Below are positions 1 to 12,516 of a stretch of 64,000 bases of DNA, piece by piece (the first letter of the stretch is position 1; every line of letters begins with the position of its first letter). Position numbers and translations under genes: made by a program. The notes beneath the pieces were generated by a model. It saw nothing but the letters and a program-made list of their open reading frames with translations. It did no database searches and was not told the origin of the DNA. Location of the stretch: the NCBI GenBank assembly GCA_951406725.2, contig OX597817.1, forward strand, positions 44,082,001 to 44,146,000, written 5' to 3'. This DNA comes from Octopus vulgaris (lineage: Eukaryota).

Positions 1-645
1 AAAAGAGATTGAAATACAATAGATCGATTCTAGGGTCATAATTATGGGTGACAATTTCATATGACACCGCTAGAAAAAACTGCCGTTCAAACCGAAAAGA
101 TCCCAAGGTTTTAGTAAAATCCTAAATGGATTTCTGCGTCCACACTTACAACGGTGTTGCTGTTGCCCACATCTGCATGTTTGAACAATAACCGGAGACC
201 CATTCCGTTGAGGAGCATTCCATCACGAACAGACACTCCTACCTTTGACTCACAAGCGGACTCTCGCTTCTCTGTCTATTCTATCGATACTCTAATGGCT
301 TCTGTTCCTGGAAACGGTCAGGTGTCGTTCTTTTACCACTCAGCTTTCCAACTCTTGTCACTTTTGTTACTTTCAACACTCATTTTCCCAGCCTTAATCA
401 TTATGTTCAATCATTCAATCCTTCCTAGTGAGCTGACCGTCTCTCAGGAATCTCCTCCTTCATATCCTTTTGGCTGGTGCTGAATTGTTACAAGTTGAAA
501 CAAAACATTAACGTCACCAATCTTGCCAGTCTCGGAGGACCTAAATACCTCATGGATTCTGGCCCTTTCCTCTACTTTTACGAGTTACAAAAATAGTTGA
601 ATGAGTGCATAAAATGGGATTGTGTGTAGGCGTATTGCGAGCGCG

Positions 646-839
646 TACGTACGTACGTACGTACGTATGTATGTATGTACGTGTGTGTGTATGTATGTAT
701 GTATGTATGTATGTATGTATGTATGTACGTGTGTATGTATGTATGTATGTATGTATGTATGTATGTATGTATGTATGTATGTATGTATGTATGTATGTAT
801 GTATGTATGTATGTGTGTACGTGTGTATGTATGTATGTT

Positions 840-870
<31 letters not shown>

Positions 871-872
871 GC

Positions 873-908
<36 letters not shown>

Positions 909-950
909 ATGTATGTATGTATGTATGTATGTTTATATGTATGTATGTAC
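646..950. repeat. (GTAT)n / (GT)n microsatellite
   Basis: Direct tandem repeat; source of the MYVC/HTYI pseudo-ORFs. Confidence 0.97.
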
Positions 951-1178
951 GTTTGCGTGTAAATACCATTGCGAAAGTGTAAGTAGTAGTAGAGTGTAAT
1001 CCCAGCGTTACAATAAAGAGACACACGCAGGCGCGCACGCACACACACATACACACAGACACATACAAATATATGTATATTTATACGTATGTGTAAAATT
1101 AATCACTTCAACTATAATTTCTGAAAATCATCCATGCGTCAAGAAATCGTTATAAATATCATATAGAGTATAACTTAC

Positions 1179-1899
1179 CGATCTGACAAAAGTCACCAAT
1201 GTAACTGGTCCCTGTACATTCACAGACAACACGTTTATCCGTTGTAAGGCAGGTACCGCCGTTGAGACAAGGGTCATTCTCTAAACAAAGGTCCTTCTCC
1301 GTACCTCGTATGCCACTTTCTTCTAACCTTAAGGGTGCTTCCATTGGCCCTCCACAATTACTGTATAATACTTTCTGTATCGATCCTCGGAACTGGGGTT
1401 CAAATATCACTGATGGTAAAGCCAGTCTATCCAGTTTTGCTCCATATTCCATTGGCATACCCCCTATAAACACAAAACTCTCTTTGTTTTCTTCTTCTCT
1501 TACGATATCATAAGGTTTTGTCTCCATCGTTTCAGCTATGTTGTTAACGACTAAATTGGTTTGCGCTTTAGCTCTTTGAATTTCTACTGTGTGCCACTGC
1601 ATGTTGTTCAATCGTTGACCTACAGACATAATCATGGCACCACCTCCTAAGTCGAAACGCAACTTCAAAGTGCCGTCAACAAGTTTTAGCTCCATGAAGT
1701 CATAGTCCTCTCCACCGTCTGTATACATTAATAATGCATCTCCGCGGTCTGTCTTGAATTGAAAAGTCAGAGTGCCATTGTCACAAGGCTCCCATTTTGT
1801 GAACTTAGCGTATGAAGGTTTCGATCCCTGAAGATCAAAAGCCACGCATAATGTGATGGCACTCAGCGAAAGTAACATCCATATAGGATGGGGTCCCAT
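1179..1899 (-). CDS. Nrx-1: Alpha-neurexin (Nrx-1/NRXN-like), first coding exon: signal peptide + laminin-G/LNS1 + EGF1. The gene continues beyond the left window edge.
   Basis: ATG at 1899 (MGPHPIWMLLSLSAITLCVA, hydrophobic signal peptide). LNS segment FDLQGSKPSYAKFTKWEPCDNGTLTFQFKT..LLMYTDGGEDYDFMELKLVDGTLKLRFDLGGGA..WHTV closely resembles insect Nrx-1 LNS1 as I recall it. Six-cysteine EGF CLENDPCLNGGTC..CEC..GDFC follows. Canonical phase-1 donor G|GTAAGT at 1179/1178. The ORF-track start at 2007 is a GTG and is not used. Confidence 0.92.
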
Positions 1900-2294
1900 T
1901 TTGAACTGGGAGAACAAAAGTGTTAGGAATGGAATGATGAAATTTTGGGTAGAACACAGAGACAAAAACAATTTGGCTTCCCCGATTTTATTACGGTAGC
2001 CTATCACAGATTATATCTTATACAATTGTAGACGATTCCAAGCTGATTAGTAAAATATCCAAACATGCTTTTGATAATTCTTTTTAAAAAAATTTTTATG
2101 ATTTAATCTTAATAGTAACAATAATAATTATAATAATGGTAATATAAGAAATCTGTTTTTTTTTAATCCACAAACAAGTTTAGAATAAATCTCCCAAGAA
2201 AATTAGCTGCGTCACATGGTCCTAGTGGAACTCTTTTAACCGAAAAAATGGGTCTGTAGACTTCCAAAAGTTTTTATTTGTCAAGCCAGGATCT
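1900..2294 (-). other. 5' UTR part of the same exon, with a candidate splice acceptor at 2295
   Basis: Minus strand reads ..TTATTATTTTTCTTCTATTTTCAG|AGATCC, a long polypyrimidine tract plus CAG. This implies an upstream non-coding exon. Confidence 0.6.
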
Positions 2295-2511
2295 CTGAAA
2301 ATAGAAGAAAAATAATAAATAACTCATATTTGTTTTATTGAAGTATATTGAGTTGTGAAAAACGAGTAAACATTTGCTAGTTTATATTTATGTCGCTTTA
2401 TGCTCTGGGTTCAGCAGATATTATAGCCAACACTGCTTTTTATGTCTCGAAAAAATTAGACCAGTAATATATTGGGGAGGATACTGTCACATTACATTAT
2501 AAATGTGGAAT

Positions 2512-3036
2512 ATAATCCTTTCTACAAGGTGCTAGTCGATTAGGTCGACTCCAGTACATAACTGGTACTTAATTTATTGAACCCCGAAAGGATGAAAAGC
2601 AAAGTTGACGGAATTTGAACTCAGAACGTAATGACAGAAGAAATACCTATTTCTTTATTACCCACAAGGGGCTAAACACAGAGGGAACAAACAAAAACAG
2701 ACAAAGGGATTAAGTCGATTATATTTAATCGACCCCCAAAAGGATGAAAGGCAAAGTCGACCTCGGCGGAATTTGAATTCAGAATGTAGCGGCAGACGAA
2801 ATACCTATTTCTTTACTACCCACAAGGGGCTAAACACAGAGGGGACAAACAAGGACAGACAAATGGATTAAGTCGATTACATAGACCCCAGTGCGTAACT
2901 GGTACTTAATTTATCGACCCTGAAGGGATGAAAGGCAAAGTCGACCTCGGCGGAATTTGAACCCAGAACGTAACAGCAAACGAAATACGTCTACGTATTT
3001 CGCCCGGCGTGCTAACGTTTCCGCCAGCTCGCCACC
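2512..3036 (-). mobile_element. SINE family A (tRNA-derived), trimeric copy: head + two type-1 units + degenerate type-2 unit
   Basis: Head GGTGGCGAGCTGGCGGAAACGTTAGC (A box) and B box GGTTCAAATTCC. Unit junctions GAAATAG|GTATTT at 2805/2804 and 2647/2646. Confidence 0.88.
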
Positions 3037-4521
3037 TTTTAATAATCAAGCATAATAACACTGTTATAATCAGTTAAAATAACCAAATGTAACAACCATG
3101 TTATTATCAGTCATAATAACCAAGTTATAATAACCATGTAGCTTAATTAGTAGAAGCTAGTGAAATGAGCGCTTTGTTATGTTTTCGTTGACTGACAAAA
3201 TAGGCTACAATATAGAATTCTGTAACAAGATAATTTTTTTTGTAAGAGTCACACAATTGTTGAACGCATGGAATAGATTAGTAATTTAATTAGAATGTAG
3301 CTTTATGGCTTGAATTTGACATATTCAAGATGATTTATTTTTTGGCTTCAGAACTGCGTGTTTTTTTTTATAGTTTAGTTGGAGAAGGAAGAGCAGTGTC
3401 CTAGATCAGAATCAGAACCTCTGAGATTGACGCGTGGGAAGTATTCTCAGAACGGGAGTCTGACTTGGATGCTTGCAACAGCATGAACTTCATTGAATGC
3501 ACTCAAGGTTTTACGTGCCGGTTTTAAACCGAGCAACGAATTAAGTCAAGCAACCGGACAGAGAAACATGAATAGTGTCTTCGATGGGTTTCCATACAAT
3601 TTACGTCCACCAAATTTCACTTACAAGGTTCTAGTTGACCAAAGGCTATTATAGAATCTACTTTTGCAAGGCAACACGCAGAGAAATCAAACCTAAAACA
3701 CATGGTTACGAAGCGAACGTTTTTTAATCACATGACTAAACTAAATTAGAAAATGACTTTATGTCGATATCGCACCATCGATAGGGCATTTTGAATTATT
3801 GATTATCTTATATGATCTATAGAAATGAAAACAATCGACTACAGCTATAAAATTTCATCTCATTATATATATTAAACCAATATAGAATTAGCTATGCAAG
3901 CAAAACAGGCGGCTACCTATCGTGTTGTTTTCTCTCATTCATTTTGTTTAATCTATATAGCATATTTAAAGCAATACATTTAAATTATCATTTGAGATAC
4001 TATGATGAAACCAAACACATAATTATTTCAGACTTATTATATGTGTTTTATATATAAAGAAATTCAATGAAGCAATGAATGCAGTACTCCATGGTGACGT
4101 CACTCTACATACTGAGTTCAGTTCCTGCAGCGCTGACTCTGTTTTATCATCTGACTGGATTGGTTGTTGCTGCTGTTGATGTTTTTTAGCTCCAGGTTAA
4201 CCCTGACCAGAGATCTACGATTCAAGGCATTCACCTGTGATAATCATATCTTTTCATCTTTTTCTTTTTTGATGTTTCAGACATGATGTAATCAGAATGA
4301 CATAATCAGTCTTACCATTTTTAAAAGACTGTACGAAGTGCAATTTGGGGAAGATTTAGCTGCTATTTCTAATAAGTCAAAGCAACTACAAAAATACTTC
4401 TTATTTCGCTCATCTGGCCGAATTACTAAAATAACTACAAGAGATATACTGGAAATCGAAACGACTGACCATGTTCATCCCCTCTAAACAAACATTTAGA
4501 ACTCCTTATTAGTTGTAAAGA

Positions 4522-4735
4522 AGGCGGCGATCTGGCAGAACCGTTAGCACGTCTGACAACATGCTTCATGGCATTTCTTCTTGCTTTATATCGAGTTCAA
4601 ATGCTGCTGAGGTCGACTTTGCCTTTTCACCATTTTGAGATCAATGAGATAAATATCAGTTGAGCACTGGGGTTGATGTAAGCGACTAGTTTCCTCTACC
4701 CAAAATTTCAGGCCTTGTGCCTGTAGTAGAAAGAA
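4522..4735 (+). mobile_element. SINE family A monomer with type-2 tail
   Basis: GGCGGCGATCTGGCAGAA..GAGTTCAAAT..GTCGACTTTGCC..CAAAATTTCAGGCCTTGTGCC. TSD TTATTAGT(T/G)GTAA at 4506-4518 and 4736-4748. Confidence 0.85.
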
Positions 4736-6160
4736 TTATTAGTGGTAAGGATAATTGGAATAAAAAAAAACCCAGCAGAATTCTGCAAAAAATGCATTGA
4801 AGAATTTACTACCACCTCGTTTCCACCATAGCCGTTTCTATACGCATATATGGCCTTATTCGGACACAATAATTCAATATTAACTAGATTTATGCACTAA
4901 CATTATTTTCCATTTCGTACCAATTCATTTCAATAAAATCAACTTTAATCAGTTTTTACGAAAATTAGCGATTTCATTAATTTATTTTGAAATTAATTTC
5001 ATCATAAGCATGTAACTCTAATCGTTTTCATTTTTACGAAAATCAACAATTTTGCCACCTATTCCCAAAAGATCGATATCTTTGACACCATTCACCCAAT
5101 ATTTATATAGATAGTTTCTTTCATGTCTAATGCTAAGATATAATAATGTTATTGATTTTTGTTTTCTTGTATTAATGTTGAATAAAGCTTTGTATGTGAG
5201 AAACAAGAATGCAAGTATGCTGGCACATGTTGTGTGCTCTGGTACATAGCTTATTCGCTGTTTCCACTAAAGAGTAAATCAAATATAACAAGAACTTACA
5301 TATGTAATCGAGTAATGAAGCACAACGCTCATCCGAATTTCACTTGTAACTGTTTACTTCGCCGATTATCTGTAACTGTTTCTTTATGCAACTTTTTCTG
5401 TAACTGTTTACTTGGTTTTTACAAACATCCTGAAAAATAGCAGAGAAAAAAACAAGACTTGAAAAAAAACGATTTAAAAGGCAGAAGTATTTAGTGAGAT
5501 GTACGATAATGTATAAATACTATAGCAACCAAAAATTACCCAAATAGTGAATATATACGGTGAATTGGCATTCGTTAAAGTGTCGTATACAATACTTATC
5601 GATATTTGTGCCGATACTCTGAGTTCAAATCTTGCTGCCGTCAACTTCATCTTATATTGTCGATAAGAAAGTACTATTTTAGAGAGAGACATGCTTTGCA
5701 GCATTTATTCTGTCATTTTACTTGAGTTCAAATCCCACTGTTTTCTACTTGGGTGACAGACTTAATGGTGTCACCAAATTCAATACCTTCTAACATCTTG
5801 AGTACGTTTAACAGAACCCAATCATTCGGGCTAAGTTTTCCACCTGAGTGAGCTTTTCTCCGTCTAATAAAGGACTAGGAGTACTGCCTTCCTTCTTGAT
5901 TAGACGATTAAAAAATACAAAAGACATAGAAATAAAGCATACATGGGTTTCATATTCACTCTGGAGATCAAGATTTTATGTAATCTTTACTGCCAAAGCA
6001 AATTCCTTCTCCAAGTTGCGTTCTCCTATCTAGAGGTGGCACATAATGAGATTAAGCTCCCCCAGTCTTGTTATATACGCCACACTCAAACAACTTTCAA
6101 TAAATTTACAAAACGAAACGGCCTCTTAAGTTGCTAGAATTAACCTTCAAATCTTAGTAT

Positions 6161-6572
6161 ACTCTTTACTCTTTTTACTATTTTACTTGTTTCAATCATT
6201 TGACTGCGGCCGTGCTGGAGCATCACCTTTAGTCGAGCAGATCGACCCCAAGACTTATTCTTTGTAAGCCTAGTACTTATTCTATCGGTCTCTTTTACCG
6301 AACCGCTAAGTTACGGGGACGTAAACACACCAGCATCAATTGTCAAGCGATTTTGGAGAGGGGGACAAACACAGACACACAAGCACACACACATATATAT
6401 ACATATATACGACGGGCTTCTTTCAGTTTCCGTCTACAAATCCACTCACTAGGCTTTGGTTATCCCGAGGCTATAGTAGAAGACACTTGCTCAAGGTGTT
6501 ACACAGTGGGACTGAACCCAGAACCATGTGGTTGGTAAGCAAGCTACTAACCACACAGGCACTCCTTCACCT
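6161..6572 (-). mobile_element. SINE family B (tRNA head, CORE-like CCTTG(A/G)GCAAGTG, internal (TA)/(TG) microsatellite, AGTAAAAG tail)
   Basis: Near-identical to the copies at 36529-36892 and 40709-41120; A box TG(G/C)CTGTGTGG, B box GGTTCAGTCCC. Confidence 0.88.
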
Positions 6573-6579
6573 ATATATA

Positions 6580-6619
<40 letters not shown>

Positions 6620-6890
6620 CACACACACACACTAGCCTGGAAAAATATAGGATAGTCATAGCAGTCATGGCTTTATTCGTACATCTGCTCTAGCAGGTTA
6701 GATGTGGGGCTAAACGGTAATAAAAAACAATAAATAACATAACTGTCACGTGTGTGTGTGGACAAAAATAACCTAAATATAAAGTAGCTTTGGATCTCAA
6801 AGATGAGATAAATTTAGAATAAACATACTTAAAATGAAGATATATCAAAGACAGAAATACAACCCATAAAAGAATGAATGCATAGTCAAG

Positions 6891-6935
<45 letters not shown>

Positions 6936-9098
6936 GTAATAAAAAACAAATAAACAAACAACGAACAAGCACAAATAGCAAAAGTACAAAAGAAATTTTA
7001 AAAATATATTCAAACTATAAATATTGAGAACATAAATCTGGAACACTGGCTTAACACAAGCAAAACCAATGAAAGAATAACAAATGGAAAGAAAATCAAG
7101 TTTCATTACACCTATGAAATGTTACCTACAAAAGCTAGATCAAACACAAAGGAAAATATAAAGAAAAGTGAATTATGAGAAATATCTAAGTTATAAAGCT
7201 AAAATAAAAAAGAAAAGGGTAAAAATATTGAATTTTCAATAATCTAAATGTGGAAATTGTTAAAGACTTAACAACGATAGAAGAACTTCGTATTGTCCAA
7301 TGAAAGACACTTAGAAAGGAAATTTAACGTCAAAATAACGAGAAATAGAAATAAACAACACAGACTATTCTAGGATAAAGAATGGGTATGAAACATTATT
7401 AGTATAACTAAAATAAATCAAGTAAGGAAATAAACCAGTTGCAAATAGTCACAAAAGAAACTTGGGTCACTCTCAAAACATTTCATGAAAACGACGTGGA
7501 AATCGTGCAGAGACAAATATGAAAGAAAAGCAAGAAACCCCATGAATTGTACGAGTGGTGGGGAAGAAATAGAGACAATACTAGGGAAATAGGGTAACAA
7601 AATTGATAAATAAATAAGTACCTGAAATCTTTTGCTAATTCTCAAAGAATTTATCGTAAGGAAACGCGGCTCAAAACGATTTAACGATAACCGGGAAAAA
7701 AATCAAATCAGAAACCGAGAAACCGATATAACATTCATCAGTAAGAGATGAAGGAGGGATAGCGAGAAAATTGTTGTGATCAAGACTGTTAAATATAATA
7801 AAAATAATAATGAATAACAACAACAACGAACACACGCAGTCCTCTCCCTAACGGTCACTGCTGTTACAAGGGAGATAATCATTTCGTCGTAATATCAAGC
7901 AGGGTTAGAAATTTGAAGTTAAGGAATTATAAGGTAAAGAGATGCGAAGTATTCTGGGACAATTTACAGTCAGCTGAACTGGCTTAAGTATATTACTGGT
8001 ACTTAGTCTTTTTCGAAAGGATAGAAAGCAAAGGGAATTACGGTGAAAGTTGGTTACATAATATACCGATAATGATTAGGGCATTGAGTATGATAAAAAT
8101 GAACACAAAGAAAAACAATGAAAAAAGATAAACAAGCAAAAGTACACAGAGTCCTGAAATATCTCTGTTAGGCGTAGTCCACATCCTACAAAAGACACTT
8201 CCAATTCATCATCATAACGCAAAGAACATTCTCTCTGCACGAAGAACATAAATCCTGTAAGGCACAACAATATAAATCACCCAAATCATTCTTTACAATC
8301 CTCAGCTAATAAGTATAACACACTCTTCACACTCAGCTGAATTACCACCAAACACAACACAACATACATAGCACATTCATTATACGATCATCACCCAAAA
8401 AGAAAATTCGCCCGGCGTGCTAACGATTCTGCCAGCTCGCTGTCTTTGCTTGTGTGTATATTGCTACCGACAAGTCTAGAAACCTTCTAAGTTATATAAA
8501 CTGAGAAAGAAACCGAACAAAGGAGACATAGAAGACAACTTCATACATACAACTATGCTGTATTAAAATTTTAGCATATGTTTTTGGCAAGAGGTTGGTG
8601 CTTGTCAATTGGATAGCTAGGAACTCAAAAACAATAACTTTGTGCGATTCCTAAAGGTTTTATGCACGGCAACCTCCACTCTGCGCGATACACAGTTAAA
8701 GAGTACTTGATTTGTTATTTATTTTAGCGATTCCAGAAGGATGAAATTCCAAGTTGACCTCAATACCTCAACAGGATTTGAACTCAAAACACAGGGAACC
8801 GGAACAAATACTGCAAAGTGTTGTTTTAGACGCTGTCATGAGTCCGCAAGTTCGATGGAACCATACAAAATATTCTTATACGAAACTCTATAGCAAAGTA
8901 AAGTATTTTTCTTTTCATCATTCTTTCTAAATAATGAGGCTTGTCAATCACAAAGAGAAATAATTAATGAGTTTTTGGAAACTGAAATGTAGAAATAAAA
9001 CTTTTAGGAAGAGGGATTACATTAATCTCTTTATCTGATTAGTGTTTATGATTAATATTGTCGCAATTTTTATGACTAACATAGTCGGTATTGCATGA

Positions 9099-9163
<65 letters not shown>

Positions 9164-9624
9164 CTAATTTTCCTTCTACATGGGTTTTCACAACGTTTAT
9201 AATCGAAGTCAATTAAATAGCATCATATGATTTATTACATAACAAAATAACTTTTGACACAAACTTATGCTGGGATATTCAATACTAAGCAGTTTCCTTA
9301 GTAAAGTATATTACATTCATTCTATATCGACCATTGACAAGATTTATCTTTATCCCCGACTTCTATCGAATTCGTAGTCATTTGCTTGTTCTTGTTAATC
9401 CTCACATCAGCCGGGATTTAGAAGGCCTATCACTAAAGATGTACCCGTTGAGATAATCTTTTCTTTACATTTCAGGCACAGAGCGCCTAGGACCACTTAT
9501 TAAGACCTGCTTCTTGAAGAAAAACATAGGAGCAATTTCAAAGGCGTTAAGCTGGTATTTCTAGTAGGTCAATTAACTGTATACAGGGTATCTCATTTGG
9601 TGATCAATATTTGTAATAGTTAAT

Positions 9625-10003
9625 AAGAGAGCGAGCTGGCAGAAACGCTAGCACTCCGGGTGAAATGCTTAGCGGTATTTCGTCTGCCGTTACGTTCTGA
9701 GGTCGACTTTGCCTTTCATCCTTCGGGGTCAATAAATTAAGTACCAGTTACGCACTGGGATCGATGTAATCGACTTAATCCGTTTGTCTGTCCTTGTTTG
9801 TCCTCTCTGTGTTTAGCCCCTTGTGGGTAGTAAAGAAATAGGCATTTCGTTTGTCTTCACGTCCGAGTTCAAATTCTGTCGAGGTCGACTTTACCTTCAT
9901 CCTTTCGGGATCGATAAATTAAGTACCGGTTGCGTACTGGGGTTGAACTAATCGACTGGCCCCCTCCCCCAAAATTTCGGGCCTTTTGCCTAGAGCAGAA
10001 AAG
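9625..10003 (+). mobile_element. SINE family A heterodimer (head + type-1 unit + type-2 unit)
   Basis: Junction AAAGAAATAG|GCATTTCG at 9841/9842. Perfect 19-bp TSD AATATTTGTAATAGTTAAT at 9606-9624 and 10004-10022. Confidence 0.92.
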
Positions 10004-10304
10004 AATATTTGTAATAGTTAATGAATTAATTTCCGTATGAGAATGTATGTTTAGTTGCTAGTCTAAAATAATTCTTGAACGAAGTATATCTAAAAATCAA
10101 AGAATTGAGTTTTCGACTTCGTCGGTCTTCGCCAATCTGTTGATGTTAGTGTTTAACCCATATCATCAGGTTGTAAAAATCTATTTTGTTATCCAGAATC
10201 AATCCACGTTATAGTGAAAATTTGACAAAATGCCTAAACCAGAAATTAACCATACGTTTTAGTGTCTGAGAATACATACGTACATACATTCATACATACA
10301 CGTA

Positions 10305-10377
<73 letters not shown>

Positions 10378-10503
10378 TACATGCATGTATGCATATATGC
10401 ATATATATACAAATATATATATACATGTATGCATACATATATTTATATATGTATGTATATAGATAAATGAATATATATGTGCATATATATGTGTGTGTAT
10501 ACA

Positions 10504-10579
10504 CAACACAACATAAGCTAGTTGAAAAGAAATACATACATATATAAATATTTCTGTTCAACTAGTTTATGTTCTGTTG
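10504..10579. repeat. Imperfect inverted repeat (31-bp arms, 3 mismatches) around a TA-rich spacer
   Basis: CAACACAACATAAGCTAGTTGAAAAGAAATA versus the reverse complement of TATTTCTGTTCAACTAGTTTATGTTCTGTTG. Confidence 0.85.
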
Positions 10580-10754
10580 CGCACGCGCACACTCACAGAC
10601 AGACAGACAGACACACACACACTCACTCTCTCTCTCTCTCGCACATACACTCACACAGATATACAGAGATAATTGAATTTACTAGCTCAGTAATTGGACA
10701 TGTCTAAAATTTATTCAATCAATTTCTCACTGCAGAATTATTTAGGAATAAGAG

Positions 10755-10809
<55 letters not shown>

Positions 10810-12172
10810 CAGACGATGTATGAACATAAATGCACTGCAGATAATTTTTGAAGATAAGTATAAGGAATATATTTGCCTATTGGAGCAATAAAGAATATAT
10901 AACAGGACCTTTCGTTGAAATACACTCTCTGCCGAATTTCCTATATATCAGAAAAAAACCTTTGACGCTTTTTATCAATTTTTATTCTTCCAGAATGTTC
11001 TCTATAGACTTTATTATACGTTTGTTCACTTCGTGCATCTCATTTACGTTTCTCTCTTTATTCTTTTTATGTACTTTGTAGGTTTTATGCTATGGAATTG
11101 TTTTCAAAGGCAGCTGCCTTGGGGATGCATTTATGATTACCAGTAAAATTATTTTCAATTTCATCATTAAAATCCTTAGAAAAGACTCGAGCTTTACAAC
11201 TCCCCAAATATCGTGGTTTGTTTGTATATCCACAGTGCAGCTTTTTCATCGCTGGTACTGCTGCATTTCACTTATGTCCTTAACATACTTGAGAAATGCA
11301 TAAAGGCTATTATTTTCAATTCGATAAATTTGTAGCTTATCCTAATGTTGATTCCTATTCAGTTATATTCTCATTAAATCGCTCAATAGTTTGAAACAGG
11401 AATACAATTAAAGATCATGCTGCGTTTCAAAGTTAACCATTGTTATGGTAAACGTCTAATCCTCTTGATAAATGAATTGAAGATAATTAGTATATTCCCA
11501 TCTGGGAAAAGTATTTGTATACAAGCTAAATTGTATTCTGAGATATTCATGTACATAATCGCTTTGCTTATATTTTTCATTAAATTGATTCCTGTTGTCT
11601 TTTTCACCACTATTTATGAACTATTTTATTTCCTTTTATACCTTATATTTTCCAAAAGCTTTTATGAGTTGGTTTTATATAAATTTTCAATGTATTAATT
11701 AGTTGATTTGTATGAGATACCTCTATGGAGAGGAAAATTTCGCAAGGAAACAAAATATCTCATTATACAACAATGTAAAGCTGTCTTACGCCATAATGTT
11801 ACCCATATGCAAAAAGTAGTTTATATTCACTGAAATGAGAAGTCTTGTTACGAAAAAGAAAGTTGTCAACAATGAATCTATTGAAGATATGAAACAGCTG
11901 TAAGCTTTATTCAAGCATATAAATGTAAGCAATGTCATTTTGGAAACACAGGAAGTAGAATGTTTTAAGGTCGAGATTGTTGAAGTGTAGCATATAACAG
12001 GGTGACAATCTTTAGTAGTTTTGATAATTTAAAATTCGCTTCTAATTTCACATTTTGAATAATTCTAAGTTGATTTTTAGTAATTCGAATTTAGGAGGTG
12101 TTGGTATGAATTTCTTCGGAATTCCGTTATATTTAGCAGTATTAATAGTGTATATATATATATATACATATA

Positions 12173-12312
12173 TTCTTTTATTCTTTTACTTGTTTCAGTT
12201 ATCTCACTGCGGTCATCATGCTGGAGCACCGCCTTCAAGGATTTCAGTCGAACAAATCGACCCCAGGATTATTTCTCAAGCCTGGTACTTATTCCATCTG
12301 TCTCTTTCGCCG

Positions 12313-12367
<55 letters not shown>

Positions 12368-12516
12368 CAGTCTCTTTCAGTTTCTGTCTACCAAATCCAC
12401 TCACAAGGCTTTGATCGGCCCGAGGCTATGGTAGAAAACACTTGCCCAAGGCGCCATGCAGTAGGACTGAACGCAGAACCATGTGATTGGGAAGCAAGCT
12501 TCTTACCACACAGCCA
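12173..12516 (-). mobile_element. SINE family B, internally deleted, with (CA)n
   Basis: Same head/core and tail blocks as 40709-41120. Confidence 0.85.

Noticed and set aside
154-483. 109-aa plus-strand ORF in the neurexin intron
   Set aside because: GTG start, no recognisable domain, and antisense to the host gene.
550-1068. Overlapping MYVC/HTYI ORFs, and the similar YI/HT/CV ORFs throughout the window
   Set aside because: They are translations of (GTAT)n, (TA)n and (CA)n microsatellites.
1159-1178. Read-through GKLYSI* giving a secreted LNS1-EGF isoform
   Set aside because: There is a strong GTAAGT donor, no obvious downstream poly(A) signal on minus, and no other evidence.
1900-2007. 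36-aa N-terminal extension of the neurexin ORF
   Set aside because: It starts at GTG; the signal peptide follows the ATG at 1899.
4094-4103. Perfect CRE palindrome GTGACGTCAC 1.8 kb upstream of the neurexin exon
   Set aside because: It abuts a degenerate SINE B box, and one such 8-mer in 64 kb is compatible with chance.
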